The position numbers were made by a program, and so were the translations under genes. From Prorocentrum cordatum (lineage: Eukaryota), in the NCBI GenBank assembly GCA_963575745.1, contig CAUYUJ010000074.1, positions 1 to 64,000 on the forward strand: a stretch of DNA of 64,000 nucleotides, in the 5' to 3' direction. Under the pieces are notes generated by a model. It was not told the DNA's origin and ran no database searches. It saw nothing but the letters and a program-made list of their open reading frames with translations. Shown here one piece after another: positions 24,290 to 38,026 of the stretch. Each line of letters begins with the position of its first letter. Position 1 is the stretch's first letter.

Positions 24290-27200
24290 CACCGACGTCG
24301 AACATGAACTTTGTACCGCACTTGGGAAAGCCACAATCGACGAGCACTGAGCACAGATGGCGACGGTGGCAAGGATATAACAAACTTGGTGATAAAAGCC
24401 ATAGGATACCCAAGCTTCAGAAGCTCGAGAGCGTACTCCACGCCAATGATCGACATCAGAGCCCGAGATAAGCAAGCCGAGCGAGCAGAAGCCAGCTTAC
24501 TGAGCAGCGGGGCTCGAACACGTGCGAGCGAATATGGTAAACGACCCAGCCAAGGGATAATGACACTATGATGGCACTCCGAAGCTCCGTAGATCCAGAG
24601 ACGTTGCTGATTTTAATAATCCAGCTAAGTGACCTCGAACATAGCCGAAATTCAATATTCACCCATTCAAATACTTCCCCATCAGGAACGAGACACCCAG
24701 AATAATATCGCGTCGGACATCACTTAGACTGAAACACAACAGCTACAGGTTCAGAACAGATTTTCCGCAAATATCTTCATACAGGCGGGACAAAAGCAGA
24801 GACTAAAGGACACAAGATCATCCACATGCCTACGCCATTTCACAACTGCTTCTATAGGTGGATCTGAACGGAAACCAAGAGCCTCCAACTTCGCAAAGTA
24901 TTCCAACATCATAAATTCTTCATGCGTAAAACAGACAGGGACCGCAGCACTACTGATAGATCCCCCAATGCACAATCCCAGAAGCTCAAAGACCAGGTTT
25001 CCGACCACGACAAAACTACAGGTAAGACCTGCTAAAAGGGCTCTCGTCAGGGTCTCCAGGGGTAGGGCCCACCAGGCACGACTCCAGGAACGAGAGGCGG
25101 CCATAGCCTTATACTGCTTGCCTTTCGCAATCATGATGGTGCCAACACCTGTGACTGCACGGAACTGGGACTCTACCCACAACCACGCGGGCAACACATT
25201 TCTAATGCGACAGCTCTCAAACGCCTGATCCACATCGAAAGTCGAGACCTGGAGGCAGCCATGCAACCGGCAGCCACAGCGCATTCAGCATTCATCAGGG
25301 GCAGGTGCCGCCAGTGACTGCTGGTCCTGCTTCAGACCACTGCCAACGTCTCTGATGCTCAGGATCTCACGCCCTGCACCTGAGATTTCCAGAACAGCAT
25401 GAATAGCCCGACCGATAACTTTTCAGGACCCCGCGAGGGGAATAGACGACATGTCAATAATCCTGCGCATGCACGAATGTGTCGGGCGGCCACACTTCCA
25501 ATCACCACAGTCAGAGAAGCACTTCGACTCTACAAAGGGAAAGAGTGTAGGCGGCGAGGCAGTGTGGCGCATGAAGCCTCGCCTGTGGGTCAGGAACTCA
25601 AAAAGGCCCACCTGACCACGCACTTCATACCAAGCTAGAACATCACGAGGGCGTAATGCTGGATGATTCTGCCACAAGCTTGCGCCATCATTTGGTGGAC
25701 TATGTAGGGACCAGCTGCACCGCGCTAAATGATCCATGCTTTTGTGGAATCCTTGTCGTCCCACGTCAGAGCACCACGCAGGCGAATGATCTCCTGAACA
25801 CGGGCTTCCAACTCCGCCCATGGTCCAGGGCGCACTGGAACAGGCAGAGCTTGAACCTCCGAACCCAGAGCATGACGAATGCGTCGCTGGACACGAGGAT
25901 CCAGTCGATGCTGATGACCTCATGTCTTCCATGCGCTTTGTAACATCCGCCGCAGACGTGGAAGGGAAGGCCACACAGGTAACTTCCATGGCCCAGAGTG
26001 CGCCGCCAGCGACGGTTGAACTGCCCTCCGACCAATGACTTCGGGTGGTGCGCGGCTGAAGTCCGCATGGCAGAACAATCGTAAAACACGCTTGACGTTA
26101 AACTTGTCGAACCAATCAGTACCTTTCGCTGGCAGAAGACTCAAATGCTCACAAAGCCACCAACGAGCAGGTTCACAACGAACTTCTCGTAATGCAACCT
26201 GAAACAGCCTGCGAAGCAGGTGCAGACGTCGAACGAGCTCGCGAGGTATAACAATGGGCTTGACCGTAACAGGTGGCAGGCTAAGACGCTGACACAGTGT
26301 AGTCAGGGAAGACTTTGCTGCAAACTGAGATGAGAAACCACCCATACGGATCTTGATATGACCAGCACGCTCATACACATACTCGGCTTTTCGCCCCAAC
26401 AACCACGACGCAGGGAACTTGAGACAAGCATTCTTCGACGCACAATATTCCAACCGCATGTTCAGGTAGAGAGGGTTCCGCTCCAACAAATTCAATGGCC
26501 AAACAATACCTGTAGAAATGATCATACACCGCACGTGGAAAAAAGGTACAACTTCTTGAAACTGCCTCGGATCTTTGACGGATGTGTAGATGGACGTGCT
26601 GGCTTCTTGCGCAACGCATCCCGAAACATGGTAGTTGTCCACGCCGAGCCTGTGGCCTTGGAGCGAACGCGAGGAACTGGTCCCGCCCGCGGCTCAGTTC
26701 GGTCAGGACGTATGCGAACGTCTTGACGCCGAACATTCTGAAGAAGTCGAAGGTCAGCACCATTGCATCCAAGGCGCAACATCTGAGTGAGCGCTCTCTC
26801 AACAGTCAACGCCTGTACTTCCGCAGGACACCAGACAACAGGCATGAAACCAATGCTACCAACAGGCCTCCGAAGTGATACGTGACGCGGCAATGCATAA
26901 TCTCGTCGTGAATGAAAACCAAGAAGGGCCTTGTAATGTTCAGCGCGACGCTCAGGGAGACCTGGTTGTCCTTTAGCCCGAGCAACGTTGGCCTTGCCAG
27001 TGTACAAGCCACTGTGTCCAAAGAGAACATACACTGCAGCACCAGACCCTGTCGATTGTAGTAATGTCGGCTGCTGGAACTGAAGCCATTCAAGGGTGCC
27101 ATACTTAATCCAGAACGCCGTCTCACTCGGCAACGTCATTAATACACGCCTCGCCCACTGCGGACACTTGGGCGCTATTAGTGCAGTGCGGAGCTGGGCT

Positions 27201-27613
27201 AGTGCCATGCCACGTGCGAGAAGAGCAAGAACCAGATGACCCGCGTGACCATACCGACCAACCCGCAGATGATCTGGAACAATCGCCTGCAAGATATGAT
27301 ACAGAGCCTCACACAAGGCAGGAACGTCATTCATGATGACCCTTGTGCATACCCACTGAGCAACAACAGAATAATAATCATCGCCTGGATGGGAAAGGTT
27401 TCCCAGTATCGGCTGGACAACGTGCCGAGCCCAGGCGCTGCACAGAATAGGACGAGGCCATCTCACCGTGTTGGGCATCGAAAAAAGATTGCGGGTCGGT
27501 GGGCACACAAAGCGTAACGCCAAACCACATTGGGTATCGCTCTGGCCCGATCGCGCTCCAAGAGTACGCGGTATAGACGCACTCTGGAAGAGAAGGTACC
27601 CAGCTCGACACAC
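24290..27613 (-). pseudogene. GIY-YIG + RT ORF of the Penelope-like element (frameshifted)
   Basis: GIY-YIG-like AVYVLFGHSGLYTGK..GLPERRAEH..ALTVERALTQMLRLGCNG (27040-26755). RT-like KCGRPTHSCMRRII, TFDVDQAFE, GLCIGGSISS, RHVDD (~24820). Confidence 0.8.
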
Positions 27614-27693
27614 CAGGATGCACTGCCCAATCGCGCTTCACGAGTATGCTGTACAAACAAACTCGTAGAAGAGAAGGTACACGGTACAGTTTC

Positions 27694-27724
<31 letters not shown>

Positions 27725-27844
27725 TTTCCAATCAACGCAGATGACTGAAATATATAGTGGAAGGAGAGGATGAGGCATAACGCAGGCGGGGTGAACAAGT
27801 CAACGGCCGCTGCAAGTCGGTATAATCGTCGACCTTGATATGAT

Positions 27845-27993
27845 TGTCTTTCTGCTACACACCAGAACGATGGCTGCGACAGCCACCTCAATATGTATGC
27901 TCGGCTGCTCTGTTGCGGGGCCACTTCTCAGTTGGTTAAGCGCCCGTGCCCAACTAGAAGCCCAGAGCCAAGTCGCCTGCGGAACGAAGCAAA
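27845..27993 (-). repeat. 5' pseudo-LTR direct repeat
   Basis: Closely similar to 21125-21272. Confidence 0.9.
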
Positions 27994-27994
27994 C

Positions 27995-28077
27995 ATGATG
28001 ATGATGCTGCTGCTGATGATGAAGATGATGATGGCTGGTGATGATGATGGTGGTGATGATTATGATGATGATGATGC

Positions 28078-28133
<56 letters not shown>

Positions 28134-28263
28134 CAGATGAGGATGATGATGATGTTGATGATGATGATGATGACGATGATGATGATGATGATGGTGAGGA
28201 TGATGATGATGATGATGATGATGAGGATGAGGATGTGGTTGTTGTTGTTGTTGTTGTTGTTGT

Positions 28264-28316
<53 letters not shown>
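27995..28316 (+). repeat. (GAT)n/(GTT)n tract
   Basis: Read directly. Confidence 0.95.
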
Positions 28317-28474
28317 ACTATCGTAGATCCCCGCAGTTGCGGATCAGAGTGAGGAGGCGGCTGGGACGTCGAGAGTTTGCGATGCTCTGAAGAAGCCCGC
28401 CGCAGACGTTTAGTTTTTACAAATTATGCAACGAGCCCGACGCAGGCGCCGATTGAGTCGTTTAAGCAATGTGG

Positions 28475-28700
28475 ATCGCGGGGTGGGTCGCGGGTGGGTG
28501 GCGCGCCCGGTCGCTGGTGGGTCGGGGGTGGGTCGCGGGGGGGTCGCGGGGTGGGTCGCAGGTGAGCCGCGGGCGGGTCGCGGGGTGGGTCGCAGGTGGG
28601 TCGCGGGTGGGTCGCGGGATGGGTCGCGGGTGGGTTGCGGGCGGGTCGCGGGCGGGTCGTGGGTCGGGTCGTGGGCGGGTCGCGTGCGGGGTCGCGGGGG
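28475..28700. repeat. (GGGTCGCGGG)-type G-rich minisatellite
   Basis: Read directly. Confidence 0.85.
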
Positions 28701-29029
28701 GGACGACGACAGCAAACAACAACAGCATTAACAAACAGCAGCAACAACAATCCGCACCGCAGAACCTCACTTCAGCCACGCCCCCAGGGTCAGTGAATGA
28801 CCGTGCGGCCCCTTTGTTCTGGTGATGATGACGATGATGGTGATGACGACGAGGACGATAAAGATGACGATGATGCTGATGGTGATGGTGATGCTGATGA
28901 TGATGCTGATTCCCCTTCTAGGCTCTGCCTAGAAGGGTTCTTATTCTCTTGGCTTAAAGGGCAGGGCAGTGGGAACCGACCCGGGCGGTTCCCCCAGTAT
29001 CCGCCCCGCGGTTCCCCCAGTTACGTCCC

Positions 29030-29560
29030 CTTAGCTTAGCGTTGCTTATCTCATCTTAGCTTAGCTTATTTCATCTTAGCTTAGCTTAGCTTCATCTTAG
29101 CTCAGGTTTATCTTAACTTAGCTTACCTTCATCTTAGCTTCGCTGAGCTTTAGCATTAGCATGGGTGTAATTCCCTACCTAGGCTCTGCCTAGAGGGTTA
29201 GCTTAGCTTAGCTTAGCTTAGCATAGCGCATCGCTGCATTAGCATAGCATTGCATAGCATACCATAGCCAAGCATAGCATCGCATAGCATAACATAGCCA
29301 ATCATAGCATAGCATAGCATAGCATAGCATAGCGCAGCATAGTCTAGCATAGCATAGTATGGCATAGCATAACATAGCGCAGCTTAGCATAGCATTTCAT
29401 ATCATAGCATAGCATAGCTTAGCATAGCACAGCGCAGCATGACATAGCATAGCTAAGCATAGCATAGCATAGCATAGCATAGCATAGCGCAGCATAGCAT
29501 AGCATAGCATAGCGCAGCATAGCATGGCATAGCATAGCATAGTATAGCATAGCATAGCAA
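29030..29560. repeat. (TTAGC)n then (ATAGC)n pentanucleotide arrays
   Basis: Read directly; the motif CTAGGCTCTGCCTAG precedes each array (~28918 and ~29179). Confidence 0.9.
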
Positions 29561-29616
29561 CACATGCTGCTTTCCTAGGGGCTCCAACTTCTAGGTAGGG
29601 TCGCACTGGGGTAATT

Positions 29617-29826
29617 ATGATGATGGTGACGATGATAATGATGATGATGATGATGATGATGATGAGGATGATGAGGATGTTGATGATGATGACGATGATG
29701 CTGATGATAATGCTGATCATGACGATGACGATGATGATGATGATGATCATGATGATGCGGCTGATGATGACGATGAGGATGATGATGCTGATGATGGTGA
29801 CGATGACGATGACGATGATAATGCTG

Positions 29827-29901
<75 letters not shown>

Positions 29902-30432
29902 TTGATGCGGATAATGATGACGATGATAATGATTCTGATGATGATGCTGATGATGATGCTGATGATGGTGTTGATGATGCTGATGCTGGTGGTGGTGGTG
30001 GTGATCGTGATGGTGGCGGTGATTGTGATGTTGTTGGTGATGATGACGGTGATGATGATGATGATGATGATGATGCGGATGATGATGATGATGATGATGC
30101 TGATGATGATGATGATGATGATGACGATGATGGTGATGATGATGCTGGTGATGAGGATGCTGATGCTGATGCTGCTGCTGATGCTGATGATGCTAATGAT
30201 GCTGATGCTGATGATGATGATGACGATGACAATGATGATGGTGATGATGGTGATGATGATAATGCTGATGATGCTGATGATGCTGATGATGCTGATGCTG
30301 CTGCTGATGATGATGATGATGATGCTGATGATGATGATGATGATGCTGATGCTGATGCTGATGCTGATGATGATGATGATGATGATGATGAGGATGAGGA
30401 TGAGGATGAGGATGAGGATGAGGATGAGGATG

Positions 30433-30519
<87 letters not shown>

Positions 30520-30640
30520 CTGAGGACGAGGATTGGGGAGGAGGAAAAGGAGAAGTTGGAGGAGGAGGAGGAGGAGCAGGAGGAGGGCGAGGACGAGGAC
30601 GAGGAGGAGGAGGAGGAGGAGGAGGAGGAGGAGATCGACG
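29617..30640 (+). repeat. Degenerate (GAT)n followed by (GAG)n
   Basis: Read directly. Confidence 0.95.
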
Positions 30641-30739
30641 ACGACGACGTGGTTCCTGGACGTTCCCGGTTTTCCCGGGGTCGTGCTGGCGCGCCCCACG
30701 GGGTGCTTCCGGACGGAGGCCCTCCGAGTGCCCGGCCAG

Positions 30740-30819
30740 GTACGGCATGCCGCCCCCCGGGTACGGCGGCTACGGGATGCCGCCGCCCAGCTACGGCGGG
30801 CCCCCGCCGCTGCCCCCCG
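30740..30819 (+). CDS. WW-domain protein, exon A (YGMPPPGYGGYGMPPPSYGGPPPLPP-G); upstream exons may exist
   Basis: CAG|G acceptor and G|gc donor; joins exon B in phase to give LPPGWEQ. Confidence 0.75.
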
Positions 30820-31068
30820 GCGGGGAGCTCGGAGACCGCCCGCCTGGATGTCGGGAGGAGGAGGAGGAGGAGGAGGAGGAGGAGGAGGAGAGGAGGAGGA
30901 GGAGGAGGAGGAGGAGGAGGAGGAGGACGAGGAGGAGGAGGAGGAGGGGACGAGGAGGAGGGAGGAGGAGGAGGAGGAGGAGGAGGAGGAGAGGAGGAGG
31001 AGGAGGACGAGGAGGAGGAGGAGGAGGAGGACGAGGAGGAGGAGGAGGAGGAGGAGGAGGAGGAGGAT

Positions 31069-31266
31069 GGGGGGCGGAAAAGAGGGGGGGGTGATGACTA
31101 GGGGGGGGGTGGATATCATGGCGTGGGCCATGATATTTCCGCAGATCTCATGGCGCCTCTTCTGATTTCATGACGCCCCTGGCCCCCCCCCGCTGGGCCG
31201 CGCACATGCCGCCGGTCATGATTTACACCCCCGCCTCTTGGACACTCCCCTCTTGGCCGCTCCCGA
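31069..31266 (+). mobile_element. MITE-like family E, fuller copy (intronic)
   Basis: Imperfect TIR GGGGCGGAAAAGAGGGG ... CCCCTCTTGGCCGCTCCC; homologue at 11848. Confidence 0.7.
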
Positions 31267-32344
31267 GGATGGCAGTCGAGAGTCGAGGTCGGGGGGTCCC
31301 TGAGACCTTGGCGTCTCAATCTTTTCGAGCTAGGCGTTTTCGCCCAGATCCGTTACAGGCGTTGCTGCAAAACCCTTCAGAATGACGTGGAGCTGTAGCC
31401 CATCGCTGTGCAATGTAGTTTCGCAGTTTTCTGTTTGCCACGCCATTCCCGTCTTCCTCCCTCGCCCGCCTCCCCTTCTCCTCTTTCTGACATATTGAGC
31501 ATAACAGCCACCCCTCGTACCTCGTTGGAAACAAATGCTACAACGACGGCTCCCCGAGGCAATGTGCAGCCATATGCTTTTCCTGCATGACAGCACGCAT
31601 GCCATTCGCATTTTCAATCCGTCTGTCGATGCGCCGTCAGGGCGCGCCTTCTGCTTTCGTTCGTTCGTTTTCGCCCGGTTTCGGGCCCCAGGACGCTCAC
31701 GGATCGATCCGACTCGAAACATCGGGCAGAGAGGTGGGGTCTGGGTCTCAGCCGTGTTTTTTTACGCTGCTGTATTTTTCTTGCTACGTCGGATCTCGAG
31801 GGGAGCCGTACCTCCGATGCTCTGAGCCTGGGGACGTGACGTGCTGTTTTTTGTTCACGGGCTCCGCTCACGGTGTGCTGTTCAAGCACAGGGCCACGGC
31901 GGGGGTGGAGAGCGTGGAACATTTTGTTTTCCTGGATGAAAAACAGAGCTCGGCGGTGGAGGGAGCGGGAGTGAGAGAGCCGCAGGGATCAGGGGACTAT
32001 GGCGACGGGCTCCGTACACGTCCACTGCCCGGGCCTGGCCCATCCCGGGCCGCGGAGCGCTGCTGCATGTGCCGTCCTGGCTCGGCCGGGGCTGCACACA
32101 CAACACCGCTCCTGGGCCCAGCAGGGGCCAGGCCTCGGGCGGTGGAGACGCAGAGGTCGCGCTCCCCTTGGGATGGAGCGCGGAACCTTGGCATCGCTCG
32201 GACGTGTGCATTTTTCCTTCGGCGAGGGCCATCGAGGAGCATCCTTGATCATTTGGCGAAAAGAACACGCACGAAGCCGAACAAAAAGCACAGGGAATGG
32301 ACGTCCGAGCGATGGCGCGGAAAAAGGGGGGCCGGCGCGCCGAG

Positions 32345-32440
32345 GTTGGGAGCAGGTCACGGACCCCGCCAGCGGCCGCCCCTACTTCTGCAACCGCTCC
32401 ACCGGCGAGACCAGCTGGACGCCGCCCGCGGCGCCGGCAG
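32345..32440 (+). CDS. WW-domain protein, exon B (WW1: WEQVTDPASGRPYFCNRSTGETSWTPP)
   Basis: Canonical WW signature; AG|G acceptor and AG|gc donor. Confidence 0.85.
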
Positions 32441-32805
32441 GCGCCGGGAGACCCGGGCTCGGGTGATGATGTTCCAGCAGACTGTAGCCTTGACCACCAG
32501 AAAAGGTTTCCAGCACCATAAAGAGAGAGCACCGAAGCTCGAGGGTTGGCACGCGTCGGGCCCCGGGAGGCATTGGTGTTCGACACTGTTTCGACGCTCT
32601 GTCGACCCTTTTCTGGGTGCTCGAAATCATTTCTGGGATGTGGTCCTTGTGTGCGATGGGCGCAACATGAGGCTTCGGCTGCCGGCGTGTCGTTGGGATG
32701 GCGGCGAGCCCCGAGGGCAGCGGGCCCGGAGGTTTTAAAGCCGCCTTGGGTTTCCCCGGGGCCTTCCACGTGCCTCCGCTCTCCCCACTACTGCATTATT
32801 CACCA

Positions 32806-32965
32806 CCCACCAAACCACCCCAACCCAACCCGAAGGCTCAGATTTACCCTCGATTTCCAGTGGGGGGGGTCGGGAAACATTGAAAAAACACATGTGGAAC
32901 ACTTACCCCCCCCCAACCCGAAATTCGGGTCTTCGGGTTGGGTTGGTGTGGTCTGGTAGGTAGTC
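32806..32965. mobile_element. MITE-like family B, copy 2 (intronic)
   Basis: TIR CAACCCAACCCGAAG ... CTTCGGGTTGGGTTG. Confidence 0.7.
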
Positions 32966-32991
32966 AATTACTGTTCGGCCAAAACAAGCGA

Positions 32992-33121
32992 CACCACCCC
33001 ACCTGCGGCCCTCCATGTTGCGCTACGGCCCACTGGGGGCCGTAGCGTGAGACCATGCAAACGCCCACGCCAGACGCACTGGTGTACGCTACGGCCCGTG
33101 GGGCCGTAGGTGGGGGTGGTG
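32992..33121. mobile_element. Small foldback / MITE-like element
   Basis: CACCACCCCACCTGCGGCC ... GGCCGTAGGTGGGGGTGGTG, with internal CTACGGCCC..GGGCCGTAG hairpins. Confidence 0.6.
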
Positions 33122-33911
33122 CCGTTTGTTTTCTGGTCCGATTGTATTCCTTCCGTCCTCCTTCCTCCTCTGCAGATCATACGCAGGCCGTCTGGATCAT
33201 TTCCGGCGTACCGCTTTTCCTTCTGACCGCTTGACGGGTTCACCACCTCCAGGAGGTGTTCCGTGACATGAGCATTCTGCCGTTGCAGAGCGTTCGTCGC
33301 CCAGAAGTCTGTTTGAGTTCTCCCTGAGGGAGAAAAAAGGGGAACGCCCTGGGGTCCAGGGCCCGTTTCCCTCAGAGCCCGCTACCTTCCAGCCGACGAC
33401 GGCTGGGTGTCTTCGTGGTGGCAGTGTCCGAGTCGGGGGTTTATCCACAACCACCGCCTGGAGGATCGAGCTTCGAGGGCCTCGCGGGCAGAGGATATGG
33501 AAATCTTCGGGCCCTGATGGGGCCAACTATTTCCATTCCGCCCGCCGCGACCCCCGAAGCTCGATCCCCCAGGCGATGGCTATGGATGAATTGCCGCCTC
33601 GCACAGTGGCAGTGGCCATGGGGGGTCTTCTTCGGACGATGCGCAATGTCGGCGGCGCGCACAAAAGGGCCAGGGCGAATGGGGGGCCTAAGAGGCAGGG
33701 GTGGGCCTGAAGGCCTCCTGGCTTCTAAGACTCGGCGGCGAAATCCGAACCCTACTGTCGCCGATCAACTATTCAGGCGACTCGATGGGCGGCGGGGGGA
33801 AGCTTCGGAATTCGTCGAGCACGTGGCGAAATCCGAACCCTACCCCCGCCTGCCATGGATCCAGGGGAACGAGCGGTTGGTGGGGGCAGGGTTCGGATCT
33901 CGGAGAGAATG

Positions 33912-34075
33912 CAAGGGCGCCCTCGAGGGCGCGAAGTTATTCGCGCTTCGCGCTTCGCGGTTCGGCTCCGATTCCTCCTCATCCTCCTCTTCTCCCCTGG
34001 GAGGCGGCGCGCGAGCGCGAAGTTATTCGCACTCCGCGCTCCGCGCAGCGCGCAGCGCGAAGCTGGGAGCCCTTG
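33912..34075. mobile_element. MITE-like family G, copy 2 (intronic)
   Basis: Reverse complement of 18622-18788. Confidence 0.75.
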
Positions 34076-34469
34076 GAGAATGCGTTTCGTGGACGCTTGC
34101 CTGGACAAAAAGCCCTTGACGCGTTGGAGCCGCCCCGCCTCCCAAACCACTTAGCGCCCCTGGGTGGCCGCGGGGCTCCACCCTCTGGACACCGGTCTCT
34201 AACCTCCAACTGGCCCCCCGGCCCCCTCCGGGGAGGGGGGAGGGGGTTTCGAACCAGGGGGGTGCAGCGCCCCCCCCCCCCCCATCCAAGAGGGGGGAGG
34301 GTTCGAACCAGTTCCCCCCCCCTTCCTCCCTGAGTTGCAGGGGGGTAGGTTCGAGCTGGGGCGGGGCCCCCCCCCCGTGACTTGCAAAGGGAGGTGGGAG
34401 AGGATTCGAGCGCCAGGCCTCCTTCCCGCCCCGCCCGAACATGGGTGGGAGGGGGCGAGCGAGCGACAC

Positions 34470-34905
34470 TGATGATGACACTGATGATGACCCTGATGAG
34501 ACACTGATGAGGGTGATGCTTCTGCAGGTGCTGATGATGATAATGATGATGCTGCTGATGCTCACGACGATGATGCTGACCAGGATGATGACGACACGGG
34601 TGACTGTACTGATGGTGAAGATGATCATGCTGCTGATGACGATGGTAAGGAGGTCGACGACAACGATGATACAGCGACGACGATTATGACGACGAGACTG
34701 ATCATGATGCTGATGACGATGATGATGGTGGTGGTGATGCTCTTGCTGATGATGCCGATGCTTATATGAGGGTGATGATGACAAGGACGACGATGATCAT
34801 GATGATGATGGTGATGCTGATGATGTTTGTGGTGGTGGTGATGATGATGATGTTACTGATGATGTTACTGATGATGATGATGATGATGATGTGGATGATG
34901 CCGAC

Positions 34906-34981
<76 letters not shown>

Positions 34982-35392
34982 ATGGTGATGCCGACGATGA
35001 TGATGCTGATGCTGGCCCTGCAGCTGCTGCTGCTGCTGATGACGATGCTGATGATGCTGATGATGATGATGCTGATGTTGATGATGATGCTGATGATGCT
35101 GCTGCTACTGATGATGATGCTGCTGCTGATGATGATGATGATGATGCAGATGATGATGATAGTGGCGGTGGTGATGGTGGTGATGCTATTGCTGCTGACG
35201 ATCATGCCGATTATGTTAATGACGATTAGGATGGCGATGACGATGGACGGTATGATGATGTTGCCGATGGCAACGGCGATGACGATGATGATGCTGATGG
35301 TGGTGGTGGTGGTGATGGTGGTGATAGTGGTGATGCTGCTGCTCATGATGATGCTGTTGATGACGACTGACGATGGTGATACTGATGATAAT

Positions 35393-35438
<46 letters not shown>

Positions 35439-35830
35439 GCGAGGGTGATGATGACGATGCTGGTAATAATGCTGTGTGACTCTTGGCGATTTTGCTCTTA
35501 ATGCTGGTTGTGATATTGATAATGACGATGACGGTGACGATGATGATGATGCTGATAATGATGATGCTGATAATGATGATACTGCTGATGATTATGATGA
35601 TGACGATGTTGATGATGATGACAATGAGGATTCTGCTGCTGATGAGGACGATGTAGTTGATCTTCATGACGACGATGAGGTGGAGGAGGATGTTGCTCAT
35701 CATCATGATGATGACGTCGACGACGTCGACGACGACGACGATGATGATGATGGTGATGCTGACGGCGGCGGCGACGGCGACGATGGTCAATGATAATCAT
35801 TCTGCTGACGACGACAACGATGATGCTGAA

Positions 35831-35900
<70 letters not shown>

Positions 35901-36450
35901 TTCATGACGATGATGACGATGACAATGAGGATGATGCTGCTGATGATGACGATGTTGCTGATTATCATGACGATGATGAGGTGGAGGAGGATGTTGCTCA
36001 CCATCATGATGATGACGTCGACGACGTCGACGACGTTGACGATGATGATGATGATGGTGATGCTGACGGTGGCGGCGACGGCGACGATGGTGAATGATGA
36101 TCATGCTGCTGACGACGGCAACGATGATGATGATGAAGAAGATGATGATGATGATGCTGATGGTGCTGATGATGATGATGATGATATTGCTGACGACGAC
36201 GACGACGACGGTGATGACGATGACGATGATGCCTGTGATGCTGATGCTGATGATGTTGATGATGATGCTGCTGATGATGATGGTGGTGGTGGTGATGATG
36301 ATGCCGCTGATGATGATGCTGCTGATGATGATGACGTCGACGGCGTCGACGACGATGACGATGATGATGATGGTGATGCTGACGGTGGCGGCGACGGCGA
36401 CGATGGTGAATGATGATCATACTGCTGACGACGGCAACGATGATGATGAA

Positions 36451-36491
<41 letters not shown>

Positions 36492-36814
36492 CGATGATGA
36501 TGATAACGATGAGGATGATGCTGCTGATGATGACGATGTTGCTGATTATCATATTGCTGATGATGTTGCTGATGATGACGGCGACGATGGTGAATAATGA
36601 TCATGCTGTTGACGACGATAACGATGATGAGGATGATGATGACGATGGTGCTGATAATGTCATGATGCTGATGTTGATGATGATGACGTTGCTGCTGACG
36701 ACGACGACGGTGATGTCGATGACGATGATGCCGGTGATGCTGATGCTGATGATGATGATGGTGGTGGTGATGATGATGCCGCTGATGATGCTGCTGATGA
36801 TGATGATGATGACT

Positions 36815-36853
<39 letters not shown>

Positions 36854-36890
36854 GTGATGATGAGGATGAGGATGAGGATGAGGATGATGG

Positions 36891-36940
<50 letters not shown>

Positions 36941-36947
36941 GTGGTGG

Positions 36948-36991
<44 letters not shown>

Positions 36992-36992
36992 C

Positions 36993-37036
<44 letters not shown>

Positions 37037-37037
37037 C

Positions 37038-37111
<74 letters not shown>

Positions 37112-37244
37112 GCGACGACGGCGACGACGGCGACGATGGTGAATGATGATCATGTTGTTGACGATTATTCTCAGGAGGAGGAGGAGAAGGAGTTGGAGGC
37201 GGAGGAGGAGGAGGAGGACGAGGAGGAGTTGGAGGAGGAGAGAG

Positions 37245-37287
<43 letters not shown>

Positions 37288-37400
37288 GTAGTAGGAGGAG
37301 GAGGAGGAGGAGGAGGAGGAGGAGGAGGAGGAGGAGGTGGAGCAGGAGGAGGAGGAGGAGGAGGAGGAGGAGGAGGAGGAGGAGGAGCAGGAGGAGGAGG
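34470..37400 (+). repeat. Intronic degenerate (GAT)n tract with higher-order block duplications, then (GTA)n and (GAG)n
   Basis: Read directly; recurrent GACGGCGACGATGGT(C/G)AAT anchor. Confidence 0.9.
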
Positions 37401-37462
37401 ACGAGCGCCCCGCCCTCGATGCACGACTCGACGCTGCCCGCTCCTCGCCCTCAAACGCCGAG

Positions 37463-37587
37463 GCGGCCTTGGAGGGCCCGGTGGTCCTGGCGGCTACGGC
37501 GGCGGCCCCGGCCCGGGCGGACCGGGCGGCCCCGGCGGGCCCGGGGGGCCCGGCGGCTGCCCGCCGCTCCCGCAGGGCTGGGAGCAG
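37463..37587 (+). CDS. WW-domain protein, exon C (GPG-rich linker + LPQGWEQ); alternative acceptor at 37475
   Basis: In phase with exons B and D; CAG|gc donor. Confidence 0.75.
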
Positions 37588-37629
37588 GCCGGGGGCCCAC
37601 GCCTCAACGGGCGCGGGGATCGGCTGCGC

Positions 37630-37660
<31 letters not shown>

Positions 37661-37672
37661 TCTTTTTTTTGT

Positions 37673-37710
<38 letters not shown>

Positions 37711-37828
37711 CCCTTTTTTTTCTTTTTCTTTTCTTCTTTTTCTCTCTCTCCCTCTCTCTTTCTTTCTCTGTCTCTCTCTCTCTATCTCTCTCTCCAGGGG
37801 AAGGAAGAAAGACGTAACCACAAAACTC

Positions 37829-37955
37829 GGAGGTCCGTGCGGATTTCTCGGATCCGCGCTGGACCCCCCTGGCGGCCTCCGGCGCCGCCCCTGGCGCGCC
37901 CCGCGCGCCAGGGATGGGGGTCCAGCGCCGATCCGAGAAATCCGCGCGGACCTCC
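37829..37955. mobile_element. Foldback / MITE-like family H (second copy ~38469-38602)
   Basis: GGAGGTCCGTGCGGATTTCTCGGATC ... GATCCGAGAAATCCGCGCGGACCTCC. Confidence 0.7.
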
Positions 37956-37992
37956 TAGTCTTCCTGTTTGCGCCACTTCTTGTTTCCCTCCT

Positions 37993-38026
<34 letters not shown>

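Larger units (their letters stand above)
21125..27993 (-). mobile_element. Penelope-like retroelement with N-terminal GIY-YIG (Naiad/Chlamys-type domain order), degraded
   Basis: ~150-bp direct repeats at 21125-21272 and 27845-27993; GIY-YIG, then RT, on the minus strand; flanked by (GAT)n on both sides. Confidence 0.8.

Noticed and set aside
21125..27993. LTR retrotransposon
   Set aside because: The repeats are short and lack TG..CA ends. No gag, protease or integrase was seen, and GIY-YIG plus this RT type fits a Penelope-like element.
29030..29560. Telomere-like repeat
   Set aside because: TTAGC/ATAGC lack the G-runs of TTTAGGG/TTAGGG and are internal, so this is an ordinary pentamer satellite.
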